From NCBI GenBank assembly GCA_038894875.1, contig JAWAOK010000010.1, positions 5,582-25,581 of the forward strand: a stretch of 20,000 bases of DNA, written 5' to 3'. The position numbers and the translations under genes are program-made. Positions 1-7,900 of the stretch are shown here, one piece after another. The notes beneath the pieces are model-generated. The model worked only from the letters and a program-made list of their open reading frames with translations. It was not told the DNA's origin and made no database searches. The stretch's first letter is position 1. Each line of letters starts with the position of its first letter. This DNA is from Candidatus Nezhaarchaeales archaeon (GTDB lineage Archaea > Thermoproteota > Methanomethylicia > Nezhaarchaeales > B40-G2).

Positions 1-2
1 AG

Positions 3-77
3 TGTAAGAAGAAGATCATGAGGGCCGGGAGGAGCGTGGGGGTCTCTGCCGTAGAGGTCCACCCGCTCCTCGAGTAG
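3..77 (+). CDS. Possible 3' end of an upstream gene (partial; ...CKKKIMRAGRSVGVSAVEVHPLLE*)
   Basis: Frame 3 is open from the window edge to TAG at 75-77. It uses the G/C-ending codons (AAG, AGG, GAG, CTC, GCC, GTC) typical of the confident genes here. The competing minus-strand reading has poorer third-position GC. Too short to identify. Confidence 0.3.
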   Translation, partial: CKKKIMRAGRSVGVSAVEVHPLLE

Positions 78-102
78 CCTCGGCGGGCCCGCTGGAGGCC
101 CC

Positions 103-110
103 CTTTAAGA
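103..110 (+). promoter_or_regulatory. TATA-like box CTTTAAGA upstream of the glycosylase gene
   Basis: AT-rich octamer in a GC-rich spacer, about 37 nt upstream of ATG 144. Confidence 0.35.
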
Positions 111-143
111 GCGGCTCAGCCCCGAGCTGTCAAGGGCCCCTCA

Positions 144-1076
144 ATGCGCGACCCTAGCGGCCCGCCCCGCGGCGCGTGGAGGGCGGTGGAGCTCAGCGTA
201 GAGCCCCCCTTCGACTATAGGCTATCCATGCAGGCCACCCCTCCCCCTCCTCCACTCGAAGCCTCTGGCGAGGAGCTGCGCCGGTGCCTCCAAATCGATG
301 GCGAGCCGGTCCCAGTTAGGCTGAGGCTCAGCGGCAGTGTGGAGGAGCCCAGCGCCCTCCTCTACGCGCCAGCCGCCCTAGGCAGCCGCCTCGTGGACGA
401 GGCCGCCCGCCGAATCGAGCGCCTCATATGCGCTAGGCTGAGCCTAGAGGGGGCCTATCGGAGCGCTGAGGCGGACCCCGGGCTCAGGAGGCTGGTGAGG
501 GGGCTCAGGGGGCTCAAGCCGTGGCTGGCCCCGGACCCGTGGGAGGGCCTAGTGACCTCGATCGCCTTCCAGCAGGTCTCCCTCAGGGCCGCCTACTCCA
601 TGCTCTCCAGCCTAGCCCAGCGCCTCGGGGCCTCCGTGGAGGCGGGGGGCGCCGTATTCAGGTCCCTCCCCTCCCCGCGCGAGGTGCTGGCAGCGGGCCA
701 GGGCGCCCTCAGGGAGTGTAAGCTGAGCCGGGCCAAGTCTTCGTGCATTGCGAACGCGGCCAGGATGGTAGTCGAGGGGGAGCTGGACCTCGAGGGGCTG
801 TCGAGCCGCCCGACCCGCGAGATATTGGGGAGGCTCATGGAGATTAGGGGCGTGGGGGAGTGGACGGCCGAGCTAACTGCCATCATCTCCTACGGGAGGT
901 GGGAGGTGGTGCCCGCCTCCGACCTAGGCCTCAGGAAGGCGGTGGCTAGGCTGACGGGCTCACCCACCCTCCCCCCGCCGAGGGAGGTCAGGAGGCTCTG
1001 CGAGCCGTGGGGCCCCTGGAGGGGCCTACTGGCCTACTACGTGCTAGTGGCCTACGAGATGGGCCAGCTCGGCTAG
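144..1076 (+). CDS. HhH-GPD superfamily DNA glycosylase, AlkA-like (DNA-3-methyladenine glycosylase II type)
   Basis: 310 aa with an ATG start. WEGLVTSIAFQQVSLRAA matches the HhH-GPD core. IRGVGEWTAE is a helix-hairpin-helix motif. It is followed by the Asp-containing ASDLGLRKA segment typical of AlkA/Ogg-type glycosylases. Confidence 0.8.
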   Translation: MRDPSGPPRGAWRAVELSVEPPFDYRLSMQATPPPPPLEASGEELRRCLQIDGEPVPVRLRLSGSVEEPSALLYAPAALGSRLVDEAARRIERLICARLSLEGAYRSAEADPGLRRLVRGLRGLKPWLAPDPWEGLVTSIAFQQVSLRAAYSMLSSLAQRLGASVEAGGAVFRSLPSPREVLAAGQGALRECKLSRAKSSCIANAARMVVEGELDLEGLSSRPTREILGRLMEIRGVGEWTAELTAIISYGRWEVVPASDLGLRKAVARLTGSPTLPPPREVRRLCEPWGPWRGLLAYYVLVAYEMGQLG

Positions 1077-1639
1077 CTTAAGTAGGGGGCGTGGGGGTAG
1101 CCCGCGAGCCCTGGGGGGACGTAGGGCTGCCGAAGCCAGATGGCCTGGCCCAAGATGGCCCTCACCCTGGCCCTGGCCTCGCTCAGGAGCCTCTCATAGT
1201 CCTCCCTATTCTCATCGACCCTCGTAAGCTCCCTGAACAGCGTCCTGGCCACCTCCAGCAGCGCCCCCCTCTCCTCCTCGCCCACCTCCACGAGCCCCCT
1301 CCTGAACGCCTCGCAGTTCGCCGGCGCCCACGGGTGGGGCCCCACGTCGTCCCTGCGCGAGCTGTAGGCGAAGGGGAAGAGCGTACACACGAGCGGCCTG
1401 ACTGGGTAGATTGAGCACTTGAACCCGTCGAGGTACAGGCACCCGCCGTCCGCCCTGCTGGGCATGGCGTAAATGACGCTAGACCCCATCCTAAATGCCT
1501 CCAGCCCCCTGACCTCGACCACCGAGGCCGCCAGCCAGTACAGGCCCAGTCGCAGCCACCTAGCCAAGTCCACCCTAGTCACTGGGACCGTGAGCCCCCT
1601 GCAGCACCGGGCGCAGTTTAGGCAGCGAAACTTGGCCAC
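1073..1639 (-). CDS. YkgJ/UPF0153-like CxxCxxCC cysteine-cluster (putative Zn/Fe-binding) protein
   Basis: The C-terminal 188 codons of the 384-aa track ORF contain FRCLNCARCC ... GGCLYLDGFKCSIYPVRPLVCTLFPF, typical of the YkgJ family. I start it at GTG 1639 (V-AKFRCLNC). The upstream part of the track ORF is Ser/Pro/Arg-rich and antisense to rnhB. Its stop overlaps the AlkA stop (CTAG at 1073-1076). Confidence 0.7.
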   Translation of the reverse strand: MAKFRCLNCARCCRGLTVPVTRVDLARWLRLGLYWLAASVVEVRGLEAFRMGSSVIYAMPSRADGGCLYLDGFKCSIYPVRPLVCTLFPFAYSSRRDDVGPHPWAPANCEAFRRGLVEVGEEERGALLEVARTLFRELTRVDENREDYERLLSEARARVRAILGQAIWLRQPYVPPGLAGYPHAPYLS

Positions 1640-1700
1640 TGAGGCACCCGTGGAGTGGCTTGGGAGGGTGGCTGATAAGGAGCGCGCTCGAGGCGAGGAA

Positions 1701-1710
1701 TAACTATAAG
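1701..1710 (+). promoter_or_regulatory. TATA box (TAACTATAAG) in the divergent spacer between the YkgJ-like gene and rnhB
   Basis: Only AT-rich element in the 1640-1742 spacer. It lies about 35 nt upstream of TTG 1743, consistent with a leaderless rnhB mRNA. It could also serve the minus-strand gene about 62 nt away. Confidence 0.5.
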
Positions 1711-1742
1711 GGGGCTGGGCTAGGCGCTGGCGAGGTCCTCGC

Positions 1743-2426
1743 TTGAGGGTGAGGGTGGGGGTTGACGAGGCGGGCAGGGGCTGCGTAGTCGGCCCGCTCT
1801 TCGTGGCGGCGGCCGCCTTTACTGAGGAGGGCCTGGAGAGGCTGAGGGAGGCCGGCGTGAGGGACAGCAAGAGGCTCTCGAGGAGGCGGAGGGAGGAGCT
1901 GGAGGGGCTAATAAGGAGGGAGGCCGCGTTCCTGGGCCTCCGGAGGGTCGACCCGTGGGTCATCGACTCTCGCAACATCAATGAGGCGGAGGTGGAGGCG
2001 GTGGCGTCCCTACTGAGCGAGCTCAGGGGGCGGCTCGAGGGCGCGGAGGTGGAGGCGGTGACCGTGGACCTCTTCGGGCGCGAGGAGGAGCTCAGGGACC
2101 TCATCAACAAGGCCTTCCCCGGGGCGGAGGCCAGGCTGGTCCACGGCGCGGACGCCCTCTTCACCGAGTGCTCGGCGGCCTCCATCATAGCTAAGGTGGA
2201 GCGCGACCGCTTCATAGACTGGCTCAAGCGGGCCTACGGAGACTTCGGGAGCGGCTACTCGTCTGACCCGAGGACCGTTGAGTGGCTCGCCGCAGCGGCC
2301 GCCTCCGGCCGCCTGCCCCCGTGGGTGAGGCGCAGCTGGAGGACCCTCCTAAGGTGCGCCCCGAGCCAGTTCGTGGACAAGAGGCGCGGGCGGCCCCCGC
2401 CGGCCGGGCTCCAGCAGTACTTCTAG
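1743..2426 (+). CDS. rnhB: Ribonuclease HII
   Basis: N-terminal GVDEAGRGCVVGPL (RNase HII DEAGRG active-site motif), DSKRLS, and SAASIIAKVERD. C-terminal tail PAGLQQYF resembles a PIP-box (xxxLxxYF) at the extreme C-terminus, as in archaeal RNase HII. Start is TTG 1743, with in-frame GTG 1749/1755 as alternatives. Confidence 0.92.
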   Translation: MRVRVGVDEAGRGCVVGPLFVAAAAFTEEGLERLREAGVRDSKRLSRRRREELEGLIRREAAFLGLRRVDPWVIDSRNINEAEVEAVASLLSELRGRLEGAEVEAVTVDLFGREEELRDLINKAFPGAEARLVHGADALFTECSAASIIAKVERDRFIDWLKRAYGDFGSGYSSDPRTVEWLAAAAASGRLPPWVRRSWRTLLRCAPSQFVDKRRGRPPPAGLQQYF

Positions 2427-2445
2427 GGCCGCGGCTTGCAAAAGG

Positions 2446-2453
2446 CTTATAAG
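2446..2453 (+). promoter_or_regulatory. TATA box (CTTATAAG, preceded by purine-rich GCAAAAGG BRE-like stretch) for the SOR gene
   Basis: Lies about 32-39 nt upstream of TTG 2485 in an otherwise GC-rich 58-nt spacer. Confidence 0.5.
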
Positions 2454-2484
2454 CTAGGCCATCGGGGCCCCTCGAGGCTCTCCC

Positions 2485-2856
2485 TTGAGCCTCAAGTCCC
2501 TGATCTACGACAAGAAGTCGGCGGCTGGGGAGGCGCTGCTAAAGGCCGAGGCGCACACCCCCAGGATAGAGGCCCCGGACGCGGTGAAGAGCGGCGAGGC
2601 GTTTAGCGTGAGGGTCTCAGTCGGCCCCCACCCCAATACTGTCGAGCACCACATCAAGTGGATCGAGCTCTACTTCGAGGAGGAGGGGAGGCCCTTCAAC
2701 CCGATCTCCCTCGCTAGGTTCGACTTAGCCCCAGTCTACAGCGAGCCCGCGGTGGAGGCGCGCGTCAAGCTGAGCAAGGCGGGCAGGCTGATCGCCGTAG
2801 GGTACTGCAGCCTGCACGGCCTCTGGGAGTCCTCTAAAGAGGTGAGGGTGGAGTAG
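2485..2856 (+). CDS. sor: Superoxide reductase, 1Fe neelaredoxin type
   Basis: 123 aa. AEAHTPRIE corresponds to the canonical EKHVPVIE. PHPNTVEHHIKWIELYF and YCSLHGLWE match the conserved His and Cys-x-x-His iron ligands of neelaredoxin/desulfoferrodoxin centre II. Confidence 0.85.
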   Translation: MSLKSLIYDKKSAAGEALLKAEAHTPRIEAPDAVKSGEAFSVRVSVGPHPNTVEHHIKWIELYFEEEGRPFNPISLARFDLAPVYSEPAVEARVKLSKAGRLIAVGYCSLHGLWESSKEVRVE

Positions 2857-2864
2857 GGCGGGCG

Positions 2865-4826
2865 CTAGGCCCCTCCGGGGGCCGCCGGGCCCTTAACTAC
2901 CCTCCTCACCTCCTCCACGGCCTTTATCACCTCATCCAGCGAGGCCTCGTCCTCTAGGGTGGTCACATCCCCTATGGGAGCGCCGGTCACCACCGCCCTC
3001 AGGATCCGCCTCATTATCTTGCCGCTCCTCGTCTTCGGCAGCCTCGAGACGAAGTACACCTCGTCCGGCGTGGCGATGGGCCCGACCGTCCTCCTCAGGT
3101 GCTCCCTCAGCTCGTTGCGGAGCTCCTCGCTCGGCGCGTAGCCCTGCTTCAGGACCGCGAAGACGACAATGCCCTCCCCCTTAACCTCGTGGGGGATCCC
3201 CACCACGGCCGCCTCTGCGACCGCTGGGTGGGAGGCGACTGCGCTCTCTAGCTCCATGGTCCCTATCCTGTGGCCCGCCACCTTCAGCACCTCATCCGCC
3301 CTCCCTAGGATCCAGAAGTACCCGTCCTCGTCCTTCACGCAGTAGTCGCCAGTGTAGTACACCCCCGGGATCTTGGACCAGTACACCTGCTTGTAGCGCT
3401 CGGGGTCCTTGTACAGGGTCATCAACATCCCCGGCCAGGGCCTCCTTATCACTAGGTATCCCCTCACGCCCGGCGGGACGGGCTCGCCCCTCTCGTCGAC
3501 CACGTCAGCGTCTATGCCTGGCAGCGGGAACGTCGCCGACCCCGGCTTCAGGGGCACTAGCTCTATCCCTGGCGCCGGCGATATCATGAAGCCCCCCGTC
3601 TCCGTCTGCCACCAGGTGTCCACTATCGGGCAGCGCTCGTTGCCTACGTGCTTAAAGAACCACATCCAGGCCTCCGGGTTTATCGGCTCCCCCACGCTGC
3701 CCAGGATCTCCAGGCTGCTCAAGTCGTACTTCCTGGGCCACTCCTCTCCGTACCTCATGAACATCCTTATGGCAGTGGGGGAGGTGTAGAAGATGGTCAC
3801 CCTGTACTTCTCAATGATCTCCCACCACCTGCCCGGGTTCGGGTAGTCTGGCGCCCCCTCATAGACCACTATCGACGCTCCGTGCATTAGCGGCGCGTAG
3901 ACGATGGAGCTGTGCCCAGTGACCCACCCCACGTCCGCCGTGCACCAGTACACGCTGTCCTCCTTAATGTTGAAGGCCCACTGGTACACTGAGTTTATGA
4001 AGACTAGGTACCCTCCGGTGCTGTGGACTATCCCCTTCGGCTTGCCCGTCGTCCCAGAGGTGTATAGGATGTAGAGCGGGTGGGTGCTCTCGATGGGCAG
4101 CGGGTCCACGCTGCCCCTCACGTCCCTCGTGAGCTCGTGGTACCACACGTCCCTCCCCTCCCTCATGGGCACCTCCCGCCCCACCCTCCTGACCACTACC
4201 ACCCTCTCCACCGATGGCGCGTCCTCTAAGGCGGAGTCCGCTACCTCCTTCAGCGGGATCACCCTCCCCCTCCTATAGCCCCCGTCGGCCGTGACCATCA
4301 CCTTCGCCTCCACGTCATTCACCCTGTCCGCCAGCGCCTTTGAGCTAAACCCAGAGAAGATCACAGTATGTATGGCCCCTATCCTCGCGCACGCCAGCAT
4401 AGCTATGGGCAGCTCGGGTATCATGGGCAAGTACAGCGCTACCCTGTCCCCCTTCCCGACCCCGAGCTTCTTGAGGGCCAGCGCGAACTTGTTCACCTCC
4501 CTGTAGAGCTGGGAGTAGCTCAGGGCCCTCTCCTCCCCTCCCTCCCCCTCCCAGTAGATGGCTACCTTGTTCCTCCTCCACGTCTTCATGTGCCTATCTA
4601 CGCAGAGGTATGAGGCGTTGAGCAGCCCCCCCACGAACCACCTCGCGAACGGAGGGTCCCACTCGAGCACCTTGTCCCACGTCCTGAACCACTCCAGCTT
4701 CCTCGCCTCCCCCTCCCAGAACTTCTCGACGTCCTCCAGCGACCTCCTGTAGACCTCCATGTAGCGCTCCATCGGCCAGTACTTAGACGCAAAGGGTAGG
4801 GCCTCGCGGCTCAGTGCCTTGGACAT
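2865..4826 (-). CDS. acs: Acetyl-CoA synthetase (AMP-forming acetate--CoA ligase)
   Basis: 653 aa with an ATG start. Contains [11 protein letters not shown] (adenylate-forming A3 motif), [20 protein letters not shown] and [15 protein letters not shown] (A10 catalytic Lys motif). The N-terminus [12 protein letters not shown]...W is typical of Acs. Confidence 0.97.
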   Translation of the reverse strand: MSKALSREALPFASKYWPMERYMEVYRRSLEDVEKFWEGEARKLEWFRTWDKVLEWDPPFARWFVGGLLNASYLCVDRHMKTWRRNKVAIYWEGEGGEERALSYSQLYREVNKFALALKKLGVGKGDRVALYLPMIPELPIAMLACARIGAIHTVIFSGFSSKALADRVNDVEAKVMVTADGGYRRGRVIPLKEVADSALEDAPSVERVVVVRRVGREVPMREGRDVWYHELTRDVRGSVDPLPIESTHPLYILYTSGTTGKPKGIVHSTGGYLVFINSVYQWAFNIKEDSVYWCTADVGWVTGHSSIVYAPLMHGASIVVYEGAPDYPNPGRWWEIIEKYRVTIFYTSPTAIRMFMRYGEEWPRKYDLSSLEILGSVGEPINPEAWMWFFKHVGNERCPIVDTWWQTETGGFMISPAPGIELVPLKPGSATFPLPGIDADVVDERGEPVPPGVRGYLVIRRPWPGMLMTLYKDPERYKQVYWSKIPGVYYTGDYCVKDEDGYFWILGRADEVLKVAGHRIGTMELESAVASHPAVAEAAVVGIPHEVKGEGIVVFAVLKQGYAPSEELRNELREHLRRTVGPIATPDEVYFVSRLPKTRSGKIMRRILRAVVTGAPIGDVTTLEDEASLDEVIKAVEEVRRVVKGPAAPGGA

Positions 4827-4847
4827 CGCCCTACCCCCTTAGCCCCC

Positions 4848-4858
4848 TTAAATAAATC
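4848..4858 (-). promoter_or_regulatory. TATA box (minus strand GATTTATTTAA) for acs
   Basis: Lies 22-32 nt upstream of the acs ATG (4826), implying a leaderless or near-leaderless transcript with its own promoter. Confidence 0.55.
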
Positions 4859-4880
4859 TTGATGGCTGGCTGGGGTGAAG

Positions 4881-4886
4881 AAAAAA
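4881..4886 (-). terminator. Oligo-T run (T6 on minus strand) after the transporter gene
   Basis: A6 on the plus strand is T6 on the coding strand. It starts 14 nt downstream of the transporter stop (4900-4902). Archaeal termination typically uses oligo-T tracts. Confidence 0.45.
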
Positions 4887-4899
4887 GCGGTTGGCTTTG

Positions 4900-6354
4900 C
4901 TATAGCCTTACGCCAGTCAGCACCTGCACCGCCAGCCCCGCTAGGAACACGAGGTTCCACACCGTCCCGATCACTAGGATTATCGTAGTCACTATGCTGG
5001 GCCTGAGCTGCTTGGGGAGGAACTTGTAGTTAACGATTATCTGCAGCAGGAAGGCGATGAAGAGGGCGAAGAGCCCTAGGCAGGAGCCTATGGCGGTGAG
5101 CTCGAAGGGGGAGGCCCACCCGAACCCTATCATGCCTATCAGCAGTACTAGCGCCACTGCAAATAGGAGGTACAGGACCGCGTAGTAGAACCTGCGCGGG
5201 TCCTCCTTGCTCCACTTCCTCGCCCTCTCGCTGGCGACCCAGAAGTTGTCCGTTATCACCCTGGCCACGGAGTCCATCAGCCCCATCTGAGTGCCTATGA
5301 GTATCAAGAAGCCGGAGAATAGTATTAGGAACCACGCAGCCGGCCCGATCACTTCGCTCAGCACCTGGGCCTGTACCGTGGCGCACGCGAAGCCCATGGG
5401 CGCCAGCCCCCTGGGGACGAGCAGCCCGTAGGCCAGCGTGCTCGTGAAGAACACAGTTATGAAGGTGAGCAGCGACATGACTATCCAGCTGTCTATCCTG
5501 GCCGTGTTGACCCACCCCCTCCAGCGCCTCAAGTTCTCCTCATCCATCTTGAAGGGCACCTCCTCAGTGCTTATCTTGACCCTCCTCCCCCCTATGATTG
5601 CTGAGATGAAGCCCACCCTGGCCCCCATGCCCCACCCCTTGTCCCTAGCGTAGCTCGAGAGCATCAAGTTGAAGCCGAAGCCAGCCGGCATGTACGCTAT
5701 GGCGGACGCCACGAGGAACCAGTCGAGGCCCCTAGGCCAGTGGGGGGTGAAGATCCCCTTGGCCACCTCCCCCCACGCGAAGGCTGGCGCCCCTATGATC
5801 GTGCCGGCCGCGACGAGCACTATCATTATTACGACCACGGGCCAGTTCACTACCTCCAGCGTCCTCTGTATCTTCTCGCCCACGTGGAGTATGAATAGGC
5901 ATAGGAACAGCAGGATGATGCCCCACGCCAGGACCAGCCCGGAGTCGCCGGGCCCAGGCACCCTCCCCAGCTGGAGGGCCGCTATCGCCGTGGCCGACGC
6001 AGAGGCCCACCCTGGCCACATCACTGGTATGAAGAGCATCAGGGCCCACGCCCACGCCCAGGCGATGGGCTTGCCCAGCTTCATGTACGCCTGGTGTATC
6101 GGCTGCCCGCAGTAGAGCGTGTACTTTATCGACTCGGCGCCGAGGACCGCCTGGACTATGCACCCGACGGCCGCCGTCCACATGAGCCCCGGCCCATACT
6201 TCACTATCATCGCTGGGAAGAGGTACCACTCGCCAGCCCCTATCGCCATGGACGCTAGGATTATCCCCGGCCCTATGGCCTTGAGGTGGCCCACGACTCC
6301 CTTTGGAGGCGGCGGGAGCTCGTACTCCTTAGCCTCCTGGCTCGTCCGAACCAC
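4900..6354 (-). CDS. Polytopic membrane transporter, divergent Nramp-like (LeuT/APC fold) family, substrate unknown
   Basis: 484 aa with a GTG start and about 11-12 hydrophobic segments. IGPGIILASMAIGAGEWYLFPAMIVKYGPGLMW resembles Nramp TM1 (GP..I.A......DPGN). AIAYMPAGFGFNLMLSS resembles Nramp TM6 (A..MPHNL.LHS). The family assignment is by eye only. Confidence 0.7.
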   Translation of the reverse strand: MVRTSQEAKEYELPPPPKGVVGHLKAIGPGIILASMAIGAGEWYLFPAMIVKYGPGLMWTAAVGCIVQAVLGAESIKYTLYCGQPIHQAYMKLGKPIAWAWAWALMLFIPVMWPGWASASATAIAALQLGRVPGPGDSGLVLAWGIILLFLCLFILHVGEKIQRTLEVVNWPVVVIMIVLVAAGTIIGAPAFAWGEVAKGIFTPHWPRGLDWFLVASAIAYMPAGFGFNLMLSSYARDKGWGMGARVGFISAIIGGRRVKISTEEVPFKMDEENLRRWRGWVNTARIDSWIVMSLLTFITVFFTSTLAYGLLVPRGLAPMGFACATVQAQVLSEVIGPAAWFLILFSGFLILIGTQMGLMDSVARVITDNFWVASERARKWSKEDPRRFYYAVLYLLFAVALVLLIGMIGFGWASPFELTAIGSCLGLFALFIAFLLQIIVNYKFLPKQLRPSIVTTIILVIGTVWNLVFLAGLAVQVLTGVRL

Positions 6355-6382
6355 CTACTGCTCAACCTTAGCGAAGAGAGAG

Positions 6383-6390
6383 AATTTAAG
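6383..6390 (-). promoter_or_regulatory. TATA-like box (minus strand CTTAAATT) for the transporter gene
   Basis: Lies 29-36 nt upstream of GTG 6354. Confidence 0.4.
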
Positions 6391-6497
6391 GCTTAGGCCC
6401 TGTTGGTGCGCGCCCTCGGCTGGGCCTCGGCGCGGCGAGGGCCGCGGCCCGCCTCAAGTATGTTTCAGGCCTTCGCATAGCTCTGTGCCGTTTGACG

Positions 6498-6537
6498 TCG
6501 CCCCTCCGCTACGATTAATGCGTAGCCTCGCCCCTCC
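6498..6537. promoter_or_regulatory. Palindrome GCTACG-ATTAATG-CGTAGC (6508-6526) flanked by direct repeats TCGCCCCTCC (6498-6507, 6528-6537)
   Basis: Read directly from the sequence. The 6-bp arms are perfect complements. The flanking 10-mers are identical and 30 nt apart. Confidence 0.4.
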
Positions 6538-6742
6538 CGTACTTTATGACGCCACGCCCAACGAGCTCGGCTCTAGCCATACATATCCACCGATATCAAT
6601 ACTGGATGATGGAGCACTTATAGACGTACCCGCGGCTTTAAAAGTAATGAGCTACCCGACGCGGGGAACGAAAATGAGGCAGTGACGTCACCTGATATAA
6701 ACCTATTATGAGAGCTGAACTCCGTCCACGCGCTGAGCCTAG

Positions 6743-6750
6743 CTTATTAG
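6743..6750 (+). promoter_or_regulatory. TATA-like box (CTTATTAG) for the M20 peptidase gene
   Basis: Lies about 26-33 nt upstream of TTG 6776. Confidence 0.4.
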
Positions 6751-6775
6751 GCGGCGGGCCCTGTAGACGTCGGCC

Positions 6776-7900
6776 TTGGGGCTCGACGAGGCCTACCTAA
6801 TCGACTGCCTGAGGGAGCTCGTCAGGATACCCAGCCCCCCGGGCCGGGAGGAGGGGGCGGCGGAGTACGTGGCCTCCAAGCTACGCAGCCTAGGGCTAGA
6901 GGCCTCGGTGGACGAGTTCTACAACGTGTCCTCTAGGCTGGGGGCCGGGGCCCCTAGGGTGCTCGTGAACGCCCACCTAGACACCGTCCCCCCTGGGGCG
7001 GGCTGGACCGTCGACCCCTACGGGGGCGAGGTTAGGGATGGCAGGCTCTACGGCAGGGGCGCCTCAGACAACAAGGCCGGGGCGGCCGCCATGCTGGCGA
7101 TAGCTAAGGCGCTGAGGGGAGCGGGCCTCAGGGGCACCCTGATCCTCCTATTTACCTCCAGGGAGGAGGGGCGCGGGAAGCTGAGGGCGAGGGGGCGCCT
7201 GAAGGAGTGGCTCAGCTTCGACATGGGCCTCTGCCTCGACCACTACATAGACGCTGGGGCTGGGAGGTGCCCGATAGTAGTCGGCTGCCGGGGGATAGCC
7301 AACGTGGAGGTCGAGGTGGCGGGGAGGGCGTGGCACAGCTCAGAGCCCGAGCGCGGCGTCAACGCCATATACAGGGCCCTGGAGCTCGTCGACGCCCTGA
7401 GGAGGGGGGACGTCTTAAAGTCCGCCCAGGACCCCCTGCCGGTCAAGGAGGACCTGAGCGTCACCATAATTAAGGGAGGGGAGTGGCCGACCGTGGTCCC
7501 CGACCGCTGCTCAATGAACGTTAACTTCAGGCTCCTGCCCAGGCTCCCTCCCGCGAGCGCCGCTAGGAGGGTGGCCGGGGTCGCCAGGAGGGTCCTCAAG
7601 GAGGGCTTTAGGGTCAGGCTCAGGGCCGGCCTGAGGGGGTACCTCGTGGACCCCTCCTCGCCCGTGGTTAGGGCGGCCGAGGAGGCCGCTGAGGAGGAGG
7701 GGCTGAGGCCTGGGCTAGAGGTGGCCAGGGGGTGGGTCGACGCGGCCTACTTCTCCAACTCCTTCAACGCCCCGGTCGTTTGCGTAGGCACCATGACCGA
7801 GGGGCAGGCCCACGCGAAGGACGAGTACGTAGAGCTGGAGGACGCGCTCGCTGGCGCCAGGGTGGCCCTTAGGGCGCTGGAGAGGCTGCTGGTCCGCTAG
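6776..7900 (+). CDS. M20-family metallopeptidase/deacylase (ArgE/DapE/LysK-like)
   Basis: 374 aa. Contains [46 protein letters not shown] and TSREEG, typical M20 metal-ligand and catalytic motifs. TTG start; there is no upstream in-frame ATG. Confidence 0.88.
   Translation: MGLDEAYLIDCLRELVRIPSPPGREEGAAEYVASKLRSLGLEASVDEFYNVSSRLGAGAPRVLVNAHLDTVPPGAGWTVDPYGGEVRDGRLYGRGASDNKAGAAAMLAIAKALRGAGLRGTLILLFTSREEGRGKLRARGRLKEWLSFDMGLCLDHYIDAGAGRCPIVVGCRGIANVEVEVAGRAWHSSEPERGVNAIYRALELVDALRRGDVLKSAQDPLPVKEDLSVTIIKGGEWPTVVPDRCSMNVNFRLLPRLPPASAARRVAGVARRVLKEGFRVRLRAGLRGYLVDPSSPVVRAAEEAAEEEGLRPGLEVARGWVDAAYFSNSFNAPVVCVGTMTEGQAHAKDEYVELEDALAGARVALRALERLLVR

Noticed and set aside
1-62. Alternative reading of the window start as the 5' end of a minus-strand gene (GTG at 62-60: MDLYGRDPHAPPGPHDLLLT...)
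   Set aside because: Third-position GC is low compared with real genes here, and the peptide is Pro/His-rich. The plus-strand 3'-end reading fits host codon usage better. Neither reading can be confirmed from 77 nt.
1640-2227. Upstream two thirds of the 384-aa minus-strand track ORF (1073-2227), which would overlap RNase HII
   Set aside because: This part is Ser/Pro/Arg/Leu/Thr-rich low-complexity sequence exactly antisense to the well-supported rnhB gene. It is a typical shadow ORF in high-GC DNA. Only the C-terminal YkgJ-like part downstream of GTG 1639 looks real.
5030-6229. Antisense and alternative-frame ORFs inside the transporter gene (5030-5515, 5438-5653, 5669-6115, 5732-6229). Similar ones lie in other genes (593-886, 3409-3890, 8549-9433, 9440-9820, 11915-12355, 13383-13883, 17091-17333, 18225-18638)
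   Set aside because: All overlap confidently identified genes and have Arg/Gly/Pro/Ser/Ala-biased compositions without motifs. Stop-codon scarcity in about 68% GC DNA explains them.
6119-6685. 188-aa plus-strand ORF spanning the transporter 5' end and most of the long intergenic region
   Set aside because: Its first part is antisense to the transporter. The rest has no protein-like pattern and crosses palindromes and TATA-like boxes. There is no plausible promoter or start context.
6602-6700. Possible C/D-box sRNA and a shared motif TCAAT..GGATGATGG in both large spacers (6596-6612 and 10326-10340)
   Set aside because: The C-box candidate is AUGAUGG, not RUGAUGA. No CUGA D or D' boxes occur at the required approximately 12-nt guide spacing. 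The same GGATGATGGCG string also occurs inside the dCMP deaminase coding region (about 8087-8097), so the similarity is most likely chance.
6355-6775. Replication-origin (oriC) hypothesis for the long AT-richer spacers (also 10092-11140)
   Set aside because: There are no repeated ORB/mini-ORB-like elements (dyad TCCA...TGGA with a G-string), no extended AT-rich unwinding element, and no adjacent orc1/cdc6 gene.
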